DNA of 64,000 nucleotides from assembly GCA_008369845.1 (NCBI GenBank), contig MRSU01005687.1, positions 1 through 64,000 on the forward strand, written 5' to 3'. The notes under the pieces are model-generated. The model saw only the letters and a list, made by a program, of their open reading frames with translations, was not told where the DNA came from and searched no databases. Made by a program: the position numbers and the translations under genes. The stretch is from Trichomonas gallinae. Its lineage: Eukaryota. This document shows positions 1-11,300 of the stretch, piece by piece; within the stretch, counting starts at the first letter, position 1, and the number at the start of each line of letters is the position of its first letter.

Positions 1-319
1 CACGGTGTCACTTTTCGCGCGCGAACCCCGAATCCAAAATCAGCGAATCCATCACTAAACGGCCAGTTCGCACATCCCTAGTTGATATTATCTCAGTTGA
101 TCAATATGTCTATAATAAATCATAGATATTAGTGAATTGTAGATTATTGAAGAAATCAAATTTATTAAAATGCGTTTTTCGCGTATATTATTATGAGAAA
201 AGTGTGAATTTTTAAATAAAAGGTATATATTCAGTGATAACAATATAAATCAGTATAGATTTTGTCACTTTTCGTTAATAAAAAAGGAAAAAAGTTGTGT
301 GTTTTTTTACCAATTTTTA

Positions 320-3300
320 ATGTCTGATCTCGAAGAAAAGGTGCGAAATTATACGAGGCAGCTAGAAGAACTCCGTTCGCAGAGTTGTAAGCCCTCTGAT
401 TCGGACAACTTCGAGAAACAGATTGAAAAATTAGTCAACACTGTAGAAAAAGCATCCACACGCTTTGAATCATACGAAGAAACAGAAGTGCCAATCGTTG
501 ATGATACCTGTTTGAGCAATTTCATTGATTCGAATTTCAAAAAATTAACGACATCTACAATGGTAGCAACAGAAGAATCCAAGAATAACGATCAAAAGGC
601 AGATCCTATTACAACTATAGTAACGTATGACAAAAATACTGAAAATTCGTCTAATTCGAATCTAAAACAAAGAAACGACGGCGTTTATGTAGATAAATAT
701 ATAAATATTAAAGAAGAAAATATACAAAAAATAACAAATCGCTTTAAATTATCACCTGCAGACAGCATTTTTCTTGATAATCAATCACAATTACAAATTG
801 ACCCTTCTTTTGTAAGGCAAACCCCGCCAAATCTTCATTATAACTACGAAATAGGCGATTACATGGATGATGTACCACAATATTCCGTGGACGAAATCCA
901 TACAAGTTTTTCTCCTGCATTTTTTTGGGATCCAACACAAGTTGTCATTAACGACATACTTCGTGTTGAAATTAAGAGCATCAAATACTTAGTTCATCGA
1001 CTTTCTTCAGATCAATTTTATTATACAAAGAAATTGGAAGCATTATATAGAGAATACCAGAGTCATATTGATCAGTCACTTCTAACATATTACAACTCAC
1101 ATATCAAAGTTCTTAGAAAATGTTTGAAAACAAATCCGGAAAATAAATTAAACATTCTCAGTGAAATTATCAATTATAGAGAATTGGTTGATAAAGAGGA
1201 GCAAACGATTCGCGAATACAAGGATCAATTAATCGTTGTTTGGCAGCAACTTCAAGATATTCGAGCAACAACTTATATAGAAACACCAGTAGCTCTAAAA
1301 TGGCTTTCACATAAATTAACAGATGAAGAAAAGGTCAAATCCAAAGAAAATCAAGAGAAGAACTTCAGAAAACGCATTAAAGAAATTTTAGAATATAAAT
1401 ATCTTTTATCCGGGGAACAGCTCGATGAAAATGGTTTATACGAGGACCTTATAGCTCACAGAAAGAAACTAGGGCTTCCATTTGCAGGAGACGTTGAATG
1501 GATTCCCAAATTAATTCAAATCGACACAACAGAAGAATCCAAGATTCCTAACGAAGAAATAGAAAGGAGCAGGGAACTATCAGACACTTATACATATGCC
1601 AAAGTAATAATCGGCAGCCAAACAGCAATTTCAATCGCTTCTTCACTCGACGATGATTTTACTTCCACGATAAACTTCGGCTGCAAATTTGTCATCACGA
1701 GAATCCCCAAATACGTTAAGATAGAGTTATGGGAACAAAGCTCGAGGGGTGTGTTTAAAGTATGTGACGCATCTCTCCCAGTATTCAACGGAGAGCCAGC
1801 AAAATACAGCGAATATCATTTCACTTCAGATGTTCCGCTTAATAATGGAAAACTTATTGAAGGCGAAGTTTTAGGCGCCGCTTTTATCTGCACGAATCCA
1901 AACGCATCTATTACTCGTGTCAGACAAAACAAGCCACACCAAAAGGCGCAGCTGCAGGTTTCTTTAAGTGGAATTCCTGACAGACAGAGAACATATGCTT
2001 CAACAAACCCAAATATTGATCCAAACGATCCTATGATTATCGAAGCTTTGTCTTTTAATCCGGATCCATATGACAACAAAGACAGGGACATGAGGAGATT
2101 TAAATTAGATACAGCGAAGAATACAACAATGCTCGCTTCAATGGCGCCAACAAATATATTCAAGAATCCAATAGATATCAAAGGAAAGAAAAAGAAACAA
2201 AATGATAAACTTCCGCTCGATGAAATTATCACAGAAGTTCACTCGGAAACTCCTATTTCTCTGTTCACAAGACTGTGGAATTTCTTCTTCAGAAAGAGAA
2301 GGCCACTGTTTACATATGATACAGAGGAAATGGAAGAACCGAACCAATTATTTATTAGAATTTCGTCAATCATGTATCCGCCAAATAGAACGTCAATGTG
2401 TTTAGTATCAGAAGAATTAAATCATAAAGGATATGAAAGCGATAAATCGAAAAAACCAAAGATATCTTTAATAGCTCTTTGCGGTGATAAAACGTTTGAG
2501 TCAGGGCCAATGAAAATTCATTCAGATAGATGGGATTGCGAATTTGAATTTGACATCAGTGTATTCGATGATTTTCCAAACATAAATTTGGCATTAAACT
2601 TTTTCGATAACATTAAATACAAATTCCCGAAGCTAGGCAATAAATCGGAATCACACTACATAGGACAAATCGATTTGCCGTTATTAGCATTAAGAGATAA
2701 CAATTGGAAAGTTGGAGGAACATATTTAGTGAACTGTCCTTTTAAGAGTTTAGCGAATACAATCGACAAAGCTATGACTGTTCAACTTAGTGTTGGTGTC
2801 AATAAATTCTCGACGATGAACAATGTAGAAGACAATCTGCAGTTAGATATCAATGGATCTCCTCTGTGCAACTTCATTTTCAAGATGAAACTCCCTGAAA
2901 CAGTGAAAGATGTATTTTCTGCTCTGAGATTCGTGTCAATGTTTGCGACTATTCCTCACAGTAACGGATATATTGCTGGACCTGAAGAGTTCTTGGATAA
3001 CTGCATGGGCACAAGCATAGAGCATTCTTTATGTCTGAGCTGCTTTTTGCTCACTCTTGGATTCATGCCAGTGATAATTATTGGAACAGATATTTTCGAA
3101 GGAAACTGCAGCTACGTTCACATTCAGCACAAAGGCGAATCTGTTTTTCTCGACGCATGCAAGAATAAGCGCTACAAGAACTTCCCATTCCATTTGTGCA
3201 AAGCTGTCGTGACACAAGATTTCGTCTATCTTCCACTCACTGACAAATTTAACTTCGAGTTTAGTGACCCGTTAAAATGGAAAGTCTATGGGCAAGCAAT

Positions 3301-3760
3301 AAGAAAACCGAACATTGTCGATCACGAATATATCAAGTGTGAAGCTGACACAAATGAAATGGCTTCATCTATACTTAAAGCTATTAATGACATGGTGAAG
3401 TCTAATGCATCACGAAAGATTTCGTGGAGCAAAACGATTTCGAGCAGTTTAGAGAAAATCATTGACACTTGCGAATCAGAAATTCAAAACGGACAACTGC
3501 CGAAAGACATAGAGTTATCATGTGGTGATTTACCAATAAGAGCAGTAGGAGCTCCTTTCCTTAATTATTTCTCAGAGACTATTGATAAATTGGATAATTT
3601 CATTGAGTTAATATGCGGAACTGTTGCGAATCAACATTTCTACGAAATGGAAGGCGATAACATCGTTAGCGCTTTATCAATCAAAGTGTTCCCACATACA
3701 AATGGATTCCACGCTGTTTGGGTATTCCTCGCTTCTATACAGAAATTAGTTACTGATTAG
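320..3760 (+). CDS. CC2D2A: CC2D2A/MKS6-like ciliary transition-zone protein (coiled coil, C2 domains, C-terminal transglutaminase-like region)
   Basis: Long intact ORF with first ATG at 320 (the track start at 299 is GTG). It has an N-terminal coiled coil, C2-like segments and IDPNDP. GTSIEHSLCLSCFLLTLG resembles the CC2D2A/CEP76 G.xEEHAxLLCxYF motif, and the terminal SALSIKVFPHTNGFHAVWVFLASI resembles the CC2D2A C-terminus. Recognised from memory of the family. Confidence 0.75.
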   Translation: MSDLEEKVRNYTRQLEELRSQSCKPSDSDNFEKQIEKLVNTVEKASTRFESYEETEVPIVDDTCLSNFIDSNFKKLTTSTMVATEESKNNDQKADPITTIVTYDKNTENSSNSNLKQRNDGVYVDKYINIKEENIQKITNRFKLSPADSIFLDNQSQLQIDPSFVRQTPPNLHYNYEIGDYMDDVPQYSVDEIHTSFSPAFFWDPTQVVINDILRVEIKSIKYLVHRLSSDQFYYTKKLEALYREYQSHIDQSLLTYYNSHIKVLRKCLKTNPENKLNILSEIINYRELVDKEEQTIREYKDQLIVVWQQLQDIRATTYIETPVALKWLSHKLTDEEKVKSKENQEKNFRKRIKEILEYKYLLSGEQLDENGLYEDLIAHRKKLGLPFAGDVEWIPKLIQIDTTEESKIPNEEIERSRELSDTYTYAKVIIGSQTAISIASSLDDDFTSTINFGCKFVITRIPKYVKIELWEQSSRGVFKVCDASLPVFNGEPAKYSEYHFTSDVPLNNGKLIEGEVLGAAFICTNPNASITRVRQNKPHQKAQLQVSLSGIPDRQRTYASTNPNIDPNDPMIIEALSFNPDPYDNKDRDMRRFKLDTAKNTTMLASMAPTNIFKNPIDIKGKKKKQNDKLPLDEIITEVHSETPISLFTRLWNFFFRKRRPLFTYDTEEMEEPNQLFIRISSIMYPPNRTSMCLVSEELNHKGYESDKSKKPKISLIALCGDKTFESGPMKIHSDRWDCEFEFDISVFDDFPNINLALNFFDNIKYKFPKLGNKSESHYIGQIDLPLLALRDNNWKVGGTYLVNCPFKSLANTIDKAMTVQLSVGVNKFSTMNNVEDNLQLDINGSPLCNFIFKMKLPETVKDVFSALRFVSMFATIPHSNGYIAGPEEFLDNCMGTSIEHSLCLSCFLLTLGFMPVIIIGTDIFEGNCSYVHIQHKGESVFLDACKNKRYKNFPFHLCKAVVTQDFVYLPLTDKFNFEFSDPLKWKVYGQAIRKPNIVDHEYIKCEADTNEMASSILKAINDMVKSNASRKISWSKTISSSLEKIIDTCESEIQNGQLPKDIELSCGDLPIRAVGAPFLNYFSETIDKLDNFIELICGTVANQHFYEMEGDNIVSALSIKVFPHTNGFHAVWVFLASIQKLVTD

Positions 3761-4164
3761 AATAAATATTTTTTTTTGTTTTGTGTGTTAATTATCAAAT
3801 ACTATATTTATTTATAATAATATCAGCAATTGAAAGAATCATCATAAAATCAACTTAAGTTATTAACTTTAATGTAAAACAACCAATTTAACAATAATTA
3901 TAGGGAAAATAAAGCTATTGAATATTTTTATCATCCCCTATTTATTTACTACCAATAATTGCTAGTTTCTGCAAATGAAAAACTGCATATTGTACATGTA
4001 CATGATTATCATAAATAAAGTAAAGAATCTCACAGCAACAAGGAAAAATGCCTTAAAAAAATGTCAAAATAATTTATATGTCAAAAAAATATTTTGTGAT
4101 CAGAAGAAGGATTCAGATCTAAAATTATCAGAAATCTTTATTAATCAGAAATAGTAGTGATTTT

Positions 4165-6111
4165 TTATTGCTTTTGTGCATCATGGTAGGTGTTGTAAGC
4201 TGTGAGAATTCTCTGGTATTCCTGCTTGAGCTTCTTGTATTGATTCTTAGAGAGTGGTTCTCCTTTGGCATCCTTTGTTGGGATGTTCTGCTCGTCCCAC
4301 TCTGAGTAGAAGTCTGTGAGGGATCTGTAGTACTCATCTGGGTGCATTGGGACGCCGTCCTTGATTGGCTTTGGCATCTGTGGACCCTTCTTCTTTGACT
4401 CAACTGGCTGCTGTGGCTTGTTCTTGAATGTCTGTGTTGTCTGCTTAGACTTCTTAGCCTCCATGAACTGCTTTGGATCGCCAAGCTTGAAGTCGACGTT
4501 ACCCTCAGCGTTATCCTCGAGCTTGATGCCGATGGAAAGGAGGGAGTCGTCTCTCATTGTGTCGAGCTGTGCCATGTTAGTCTTGACACCTGTCTCGAGC
4601 TGCTTGAGCAAATCAGCTGCAGCGCCTGTGTCCTTCTTGAGGTCGATGTTGAGGGCCTTGGCGAGCTCTCTGACCTGCTTGAGCATGTCGAGGTTGTTCT
4701 TCCTGACGTTCTGTCTGTACTGGCACATAGCCTGTGGGAAGCCAGCCTTGGCGAAGTCTGTAGAAGCCTGTGAGAGAAGGACTGTCTCTGGAGCGAAGCC
4801 GAGAACGGTCATGATGTTGTGGACGAGTCTGGCAGCGGAGATGACGAGGGAGTCAATAACCAAGTCTTTCTTCTGGTAGTATGCGTCGATGAGCTCGATC
4901 ATAGCGTCAATAGCTGCTGGGATATCGAAGTTGTCTGCGAAAGCGTCGTGGATCTTCTGTGATGTGACGGAGATCAAGACGGCGAAATCGTGGTCGTGTG
5001 GCTTGAATCCGTGCTTGAGCTCGCTGATGGACTTGTGGAGAGCTGCCTCGACTGTCTGCAAGAAGTTCATGATTCTTGTGAGCTTAACACGAGCGTGCTC
5101 GATGAGGTCGTCACCAAGCTGCATAACGTTCTGCCACTGGACGAGGCAGAAGATCATGCGGATGAGGTTGACGTCGTACTTCTTGAGGCCGTCAGCGATT
5201 GACCAGAAGTTGCCCATGGACTTGGACATCTTCTCGCCGTCAGCAGCGCGGAGCTGGCCTGTGTGGAGCCATGTGCGGACCCATGGTGTGGCACCCCAGC
5301 GTGTCTGTGACTGGGCGATCTCGTTAGTGTGGTGTGGGAAGCGAAGATCGATGCCGCCGCAGTGGACATCGAACTGCTTTCCATAGAAGAGTCCGGACAT
5401 TGTTGAGCACTCGATGTGCCAACCTGGGCGGCCCTTGCCCCACTTTGTTTCCCAGTACTGGCCTGCAGCCTCCTCGAATGGCTTGGCTTTCTTCCACAAT
5501 GCGAAGTCGTTACGATTGCGCTTCTTCTCGCCGGACTCAGCTGGGTTCTCGTTTTCAGCTGTTGATGTATATGAACTGCGTTCAAGCTCAGCGTAGACGA
5601 ATCTTCCATCATGTTCATACTTCTCGACGTCGAAGTAAACAGAGCCCTCGGATTCGTATGCGAAGCCCTGCTGGACGAGGTTATCGACGAAATCGATGAT
5701 CTCTGGCATAACTTCGGAAACGCGGAGAACTGAATCTGGGCGACGAACATTCAATGTGTCGAGTTCTGCGAAGAAAGCTTTCTCACGATCAGCAGAGTAG
5801 CCGAGTGCAGAGCCGTATTTGGCCTTATCTGCGTCATTCATTTTGTTGAATGTATCAATAATTTTATCGTCGATATCTGTGACGTTCATTGACCACTGAA
5901 CTGGAATATTGAAGTAGTCGGTCATAATGCGTCTAACCATATCAAGAGAAATGTATGTTCTCGCATGGCCAAGATGTGAAGTCGAGTAAACAGTTGGTCC
6001 GCATGTATAGCAGCGGAGTGGGAGGCCTTCTGGCCTCATGAGTGGTTGTTTTGTCTGTCCCAATGTGTTGAACACGCGAATTCCGGTATCGACCAGTTTC
6101 TCCGATTCCAT
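4165..6111 (-). CDS. CARS1: Cytosolic cysteinyl-tRNA synthetase
   Basis: CGPTVY, HLGH (HIGH), GRPGWHIECS, HCGGIDLRFPHHTNE and KMSKS motifs; eukaryote-type C-terminal YSEWDEQNIPTKDAKGEPLSK; strong GC3 codon bias. Confidence 0.97.
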   Translation of the reverse strand: MESEKLVDTGIRVFNTLGQTKQPLMRPEGLPLRCYTCGPTVYSTSHLGHARTYISLDMVRRIMTDYFNIPVQWSMNVTDIDDKIIDTFNKMNDADKAKYGSALGYSADREKAFFAELDTLNVRRPDSVLRVSEVMPEIIDFVDNLVQQGFAYESEGSVYFDVEKYEHDGRFVYAELERSSYTSTAENENPAESGEKKRNRNDFALWKKAKPFEEAAGQYWETKWGKGRPGWHIECSTMSGLFYGKQFDVHCGGIDLRFPHHTNEIAQSQTRWGATPWVRTWLHTGQLRAADGEKMSKSMGNFWSIADGLKKYDVNLIRMIFCLVQWQNVMQLGDDLIEHARVKLTRIMNFLQTVEAALHKSISELKHGFKPHDHDFAVLISVTSQKIHDAFADNFDIPAAIDAMIELIDAYYQKKDLVIDSLVISAARLVHNIMTVLGFAPETVLLSQASTDFAKAGFPQAMCQYRQNVRKNNLDMLKQVRELAKALNIDLKKDTGAAADLLKQLETGVKTNMAQLDTMRDDSLLSIGIKLEDNAEGNVDFKLGDPKQFMEAKKSKQTTQTFKNKPQQPVESKKKGPQMPKPIKDGVPMHPDEYYRSLTDFYSEWDEQNIPTKDAKGEPLSKNQYKKLKQEYQRILTAYNTYHDAQKQ

Positions 6112-6780
6112 AGGAAAAATGTTGGGCTAAAATTTTGTATCGGTTATTCTGCTTTTTTGATTTTTGCATTCTATACGTATAAAGAAGCCTAAAATAAAGG
6201 AAAATTTGTCAATTTTTTGAAAATTTTTAATCGTTCCGCTGAATTCAATTTTAAAACACCCTGAAACTAATAAGATAAATGAAAATATAAAAACGAAACC
6301 TGTAAGAAAATTGACAATAAACTTTGCCAATTCAAATTTACGCGTCAATTTTTATCATTTTTACCACCAATTTTAAAATGATCTTAAGCAAATATATTAA
6401 ATATAAAACATGTATATAAAACTGACTGTAAACTTTGCCTGTCAAATTAATATGTCAATTTTTTACTTTACAATTGATTTTTTGTAATATATGGATAAAT
6501 TGTAGTTTGGTGACCGGCATTATAAGTAAATACTAGAAAACAATGAGGTAAAAGTTTTTAATTCGGTTTTTATTGAAAAATAAATTTTATCAGACGCAAT
6601 CATATGTATGATACTCACACAGCAGTGTATTATTGAAGAGAATCTTTATGTTCTTAACCTTTAGCATGTTTAGTCGATTTTGAATTGAAATTTTGCATCG
6701 TCAACAGAACAAGTCAAATGATAATGGAAATCAAACTCATATAGTGGTTGCTTCATTTTGATTGAATAATTTTATTGAAA

Positions 6781-6890
6781 TTCGGAAATTAAAACAAAGT
6801 TGAATTTCATAGCAAAAGTAAGGAATTAATATATGTTGAAAAGTGAAATTATGCTTGCATATATTATCATTGTCACTTTACTCATATTTA
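6781..6890 (+). repeat. Dispersed ~110-bp repeat, copy 1
   Basis: Shares an identical 29-bp core AAAAGTGAAATTATGCTTGCATATATTAT (6839-6867) and a similar TTCGGAAA..AAAACAA..TTGAATTTCATA flank with 9342-9450. Confidence 0.75.
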
Positions 6891-7250
6891 AACAGATATT
6901 TATTTTGAATCAAATGATGCAAAAGCTTGTGTATCTATTCTGAAATAATGATTTTGAGTATTTCCTGACAGCAATCAACATTATCATACAAACTACTATA
7001 ATTTGACGTCAATGAAAAAAATGTTTGTAAAATGAGATTGAAAGCGTTCATTAACGTTGAATGATTGAAAAACCCCCGAATATGTATCAGTCAAAAAGAT
7101 TTTTGAATGTTATTGTTAAATTCTTGAAATTATTTCTAGATCCTGGAAATAAGGGCAGACAGCAGGGGCTATCATATTAATGCGGGGGGTATTTTTGTCA
7201 TGTAAATATTTTTGTAAACTATTTTTAAAATTTAAAACTGATAAAAAGAG

Positions 7251-9086
7251 ATGAATGTTTCATCTCCATATATATATGTAACGACGCCTAATTCAACAAA
7301 CAAGCCCGTCCGACTTCTATTACCGAATGATTTTGATCGCTTAAAACAGAAAGCGCAAGTCGCTCTAAAAATTAATGATGAAATTTCGCATTTTATATCT
7401 AAATCAGGTGACATTATACTATATATAAACGAAGTTATGCCAGGAGATACTTTATATGCTGCTACTCAGCCTCCTCCAGAAATTATTGATTTATCTTCAA
7501 GCGAAATGAATTTAGAACTCCCAGATAATAAAATAGAAGAGGAGGAAGACGAGGAAGAAGAATTTTTTTCAAATCATGAGTTAAATTCTGAAAGTAATGA
7601 AAATCATCTTGAAGAAGAAGAATCAGATATACCATTAACAGAAAACAGTATTCAAGAAATTCATAATAATGAAGAAGAAGAGGAAGAAGAACATTTTAAT
7701 TTTGAACCTGCAGAACAAAATCAATCACAACCAGTTCATGAAGAAACGCAATCACTGAGAGAAAGTCAAATATCTAATAGAAGCGAATCAGCATCAGTCA
7801 TCAGCCGCTCTTCACTTTCTCAAGCATCAATTATTTCAGATGCTGTTGAGAAAACAATCCTCGGGCCATCAATAACAAATCCTGTAGCAAAAACATTTAC
7901 AATGAAAACAATTGATACAAGATTCAAACAAGTTTTTAAAGAATGCGATAAAACAATTCTCGATGGACAGCGTAAATTCTTTAAGTCAGCGTTAAAGATC
8001 TTACCAGGGAATGCAACACTGCAAAAGAAGAATTCGATTACACTTCTTCCACAAATAGAAGACAGAATTTCAGCCTTTTTGGACAAACACAGAGTAATAT
8101 ATGAAGGAACAACATCATATACATTTTCAACTTTAGTTGGTGGTCCAAATCATTCTGGCAAAAGTCTGCTTCTCTCGATTTTTCTTGAGAATTTTATTGC
8201 AGATTTGGTTACAAGTCATACAGCTCAAGAAAACTTCGTTTTTGTTTCTGATGCAATCCAACTTGCAGCACACGCGACAAGCTTAGAAACATTCATGACA
8301 AATTATATCGAGACAACTTTCACTCAAATTTCGTGGCAACGGACGGGCTTCTCCAAGTTCTGCAAATCAGTGACGAACTACTTCGCGTCAATCTTCTGCA
8401 TGCCAGAAGAAACGCTGCCAACGCTGCCTCATTTGTTCACGAAAGATGAATATTTCAAGACTGCAGTCAAAAAGCTGTTTAGTCTTGCCCAAAGAATACA
8501 CGAAATTGCTTTCTCTAATGGAGATATTGATGATTGGCAGACAACACTTATGCTCTTCCCATCATTGGTAGCAGAATGCTTTGGATTCAAGAAAACGCAC
8601 TTCATCATAGATAATATTGAAGTCCTTAATGTTACAGCTAAAACTGTTACAAATGGCTCAGAGATGTCAATCGATATTTTATATTCACTAAAGGAGGTCC
8701 TCAATACCCAGAGCTACGTTGTTTCTGGTACCAACAGCCAGATAGCTATCGCTCTACTTTCTGGTACAGATGGCGTCGATCTCTTAGGAAAATGCGACAT
8801 TTTATCAACAGTCGGATTTTCAGGAAGTTTTTACGGCTCAAACCAGGAATTTTCCATCAAGTTTGTTGATGAAAAGAGAAGTGTGAGGATAAAGTCTATC
8901 CACTGCTGTGGATGCCCTGCATTCATCGCGAGGTGGGAAGAAGTTTGGTTTGCGCTCAATGAGGATGATGAGGATTTCACCGAGTCGAAAAAGAGGATGA
9001 CAGACTTATTGGCACTTATTTTCCCGGACGAATCAATGATGACTAAGGAAATAGAAACTTTCAAGCCGATTTCTGTTGTTGCATAA
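7251..9086 (+). CDS. Hypothetical protein: N-terminal ubiquitin-like (DCX/KHA-type) domain, acidic linker, divergent P-loop NTPase domain
   Basis: 611-aa ATG ORF. The first ~70 aa have a beta-grasp-like pattern ending GDIILYINEVMPGDTLYA. Poly-Glu linker, Walker A-like GGPNHSGKS, Walker B-like HFIIDNIE. Stop overlaps TAAA. Confidence 0.6.
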   Translation: MNVSSPYIYVTTPNSTNKPVRLLLPNDFDRLKQKAQVALKINDEISHFISKSGDIILYINEVMPGDTLYAATQPPPEIIDLSSSEMNLELPDNKIEEEEDEEEEFFSNHELNSESNENHLEEEESDIPLTENSIQEIHNNEEEEEEEHFNFEPAEQNQSQPVHEETQSLRESQISNRSESASVISRSSLSQASIISDAVEKTILGPSITNPVAKTFTMKTIDTRFKQVFKECDKTILDGQRKFFKSALKILPGNATLQKKNSITLLPQIEDRISAFLDKHRVIYEGTTSYTFSTLVGGPNHSGKSLLLSIFLENFIADLVTSHTAQENFVFVSDAIQLAAHATSLETFMTNYIETTFTQISWQRTGFSKFCKSVTNYFASIFCMPEETLPTLPHLFTKDEYFKTAVKKLFSLAQRIHEIAFSNGDIDDWQTTLMLFPSLVAECFGFKKTHFIIDNIEVLNVTAKTVTNGSEMSIDILYSLKEVLNTQSYVVSGTNSQIAIALLSGTDGVDLLGKCDILSTVGFSGSFYGSNQEFSIKFVDEKRSVRIKSIHCCGCPAFIARWEEVWFALNEDDEDFTESKKRMTDLLALIFPDESMMTKEIETFKPISVVA

Positions 9087-9341
9087 AAATAATGTATGTA
9101 TATCTTTTCATAACCAATTAGATATTACAATTTTAATTCGATTCTATTTCTTTCAATTGAGAGTTAGAATATGCACTATTTTAGTTACGAAACAGCAAAA
9201 CCATTAATCAAATACCAATATAATATTTATTTATATTTTTAATAATTAATAACTGCTAATTCTATTGGGAGTAGAAATTTTAAACTACATTTAACTTAGT
9301 GATACTGTTGTAATAATTTTATACAAGGTAAACAGGATATA

Positions 9342-9450
9342 TTCGGAAAATAAAACAAGATTGAATTTCATATGAAAAATGATTAATTGTTATATGGTAA
9401 AAAGTGAAATTATGCTTGCATATATTATAATTTTTCCCTTTATTTACATT
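9342..9450 (+). repeat. Dispersed ~110-bp repeat, copy 2
   Basis: Identical 29-bp core at 9400-9428, same orientation as the copy at 6781-6890. Confidence 0.75.
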
Positions 9451-9611
9451 TGCAGAGAATTTAGAATTGTGCAAAAAAAAATCAAAATATAGATCTCTCG
9501 AAGTAAGAATAAGTGCCTATGAATCATTTAGATGATTATTATATGCAGTTGTATTTATTATGAATTACAAACAAAATATTTTAAAAAAATACAAACAAAT
9601 AGGATATATAA

Positions 9612-11300
9612 TCAATAAGGGAGGAAGTTCCATGGCATTTCTTTGAGTTCCTCAACTTTCTCGTCTTCAAGAAGCTTCTTCGGTTTTTGAGGTCTGATGA
9701 ATGGCTTAGAATAAAGGTCTTTAATGAATTGCTCATTATCTTCATTTGTTATAACCTTGTTGTTTTCAGAAACAGTCTGCTGCACACTTCCAATCCTACA
9801 GGCTGAGGCATAAGCAGAAGAAAAACCTTTTCTCACTTCGCTGCTCTTTTGTTTTTCGTCTTCAGCAATAACCAACTCATCGTGCATAAGCTTGAATGAC
9901 AGAATATTCGCGTCAATGGCCTTTGAGTCTTCTTTAATCATTCTTTCCAAATCTCCAAGTTTGAATCCGGGTTCTGTATCTTCATCAACAGTTGTTTGAG
10001 CTTTCTCTTCATCGCACTTTTCCTCTTTTTGCTTTGGTGGGCTTGGATTTCTTCCTGCTAGTTTCTTTTTCATGAAATCTATAATAATTGGATCTTTATC
10101 ATCGATATCAGGTATTTCTTCACGCTTATTTTCAGCGAGAAGTTTTCCAAGATCATTAACAAACTTCTTCAAAGTCTTTGGCTGGCAAATTTCAACTTCT
10201 TTCAAATGATTATTTAAATCTTCTTGGAGATGGGCCATCTTATCATTTCTAATACTCTGTCTTTCATTAAATTCTTTTCGTTTTTGCTGGTAATTTGTCA
10301 TAATATGTGGTTTTCTCGCACGATGCAATAAAGATCTTGTTTCTATCATTGGATTATAAGTGCTGACAGTAGCTGTGAGATTCTCCTCGGTGTGTGGATT
10401 CGGGAGAAGAGTCGGGAAGTTCATCTCTAAGTCACCAGCGCCATTTCTTGGAAATGCTAGTTCCATCTTAACATTTTTCGTGTAAGGCATGATCTGCCGC
10501 TTTGTCGAGAACTGTATTAACGGTGTCAATGAAGTAGGCCTGAAATAAATCGTTTTTGGAGGAATTCTTTTATCAGGTGGCGTCAAACTCGTTAAATCTT
10601 CCTTCGGAAGCTCAATCGACGGTATAAAGTTTGGATCTTTTGGCGGATTCAGCAATGCATCAGGAATGTCAGCTTGTGGAGGAATTTTGAAATATTTTTG
10701 CAACATTTGCATAACGAAGACATCAACGGCTGTAAAGCCCGTAAACATCTCGTAGACCACGATGCACAGTGACTGGCGGAAATCTTTCTTCGCTGCGATG
10801 GGATTTCCGTTTGATTTCTGTAGAAACATGTCTTGAAGCGTTTGAGTAACGAAAAAGGGAAAACTTCTGATAAATGCATCGATTATTTTAGCGGGATAAC
10901 GTTTTTCTGTATATAAAGCAAATAATAATAATCCCCAATTCTCACCTGAAACTCTATTAAAGCCCTTTATCCTTGAGTCATCAGGTAGATGCATAGTAAA
11001 GTGAAATAACCAAAATAGAGGCTCGAATAAGTTAGTGATGTAAAATAAATTGTCTTCGTATATTTTCATTGCGTCTTTTTCTTCTTCTATGAATTTGATT
11101 CCATCGAGTGAGTTCTTGACACACTTATTCATCATGTTTAAATCCATTTCATCACGTTTTCGATATGGAATATTTTTCATTTCGTAATATTTATATTCAG
11201 AAGGATCACCTTTCATTCCTTTGTTGGACACAGTTCGAGACCTGTGTCGAGTTTGAGGCGGCGGAGCAGGAGAAATAAATGAAACTTTCCTTCTTTGCAT
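9612..11300 (-). CDS. FAM227: FAM227-like (FWWh domain) protein
   Basis: 562-aa ORF. LFWLFH...FNRVSGENWGLLL...DAFIRSFPFFVTQTL...FRQSLCIVVYEMFTG and a later FRPTSLTPLIQ follow the motif order of the FWWh domain as recalled. Confidence 0.6.
   Translation of the reverse strand: MQRRKVSFISPAPPPQTRHRSRTVSNKGMKGDPSEYKYYEMKNIPYRKRDEMDLNMMNKCVKNSLDGIKFIEEEKDAMKIYEDNLFYITNLFEPLFWLFHFTMHLPDDSRIKGFNRVSGENWGLLLFALYTEKRYPAKIIDAFIRSFPFFVTQTLQDMFLQKSNGNPIAAKKDFRQSLCIVVYEMFTGFTAVDVFVMQMLQKYFKIPPQADIPDALLNPPKDPNFIPSIELPKEDLTSLTPPDKRIPPKTIYFRPTSLTPLIQFSTKRQIMPYTKNVKMELAFPRNGAGDLEMNFPTLLPNPHTEENLTATVSTYNPMIETRSLLHRARKPHIMTNYQQKRKEFNERQSIRNDKMAHLQEDLNNHLKEVEICQPKTLKKFVNDLGKLLAENKREEIPDIDDKDPIIIDFMKKKLAGRNPSPPKQKEEKCDEEKAQTTVDEDTEPGFKLGDLERMIKEDSKAIDANILSFKLMHDELVIAEDEKQKSSEVRKGFSSAYASACRIGSVQQTVSENNKVITNEDNEQFIKDLYSKPFIRPQKPKKLLEDEKVEELKEMPWNFLPY

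Noticed and set aside
4128..5750. Long overlapping and antisense ORFs inside CysRS, and likewise inside the mannosidase (34117-37551)
   Set aside because: Expected shadows of strongly biased GC3-rich codon usage; no motifs or start context.
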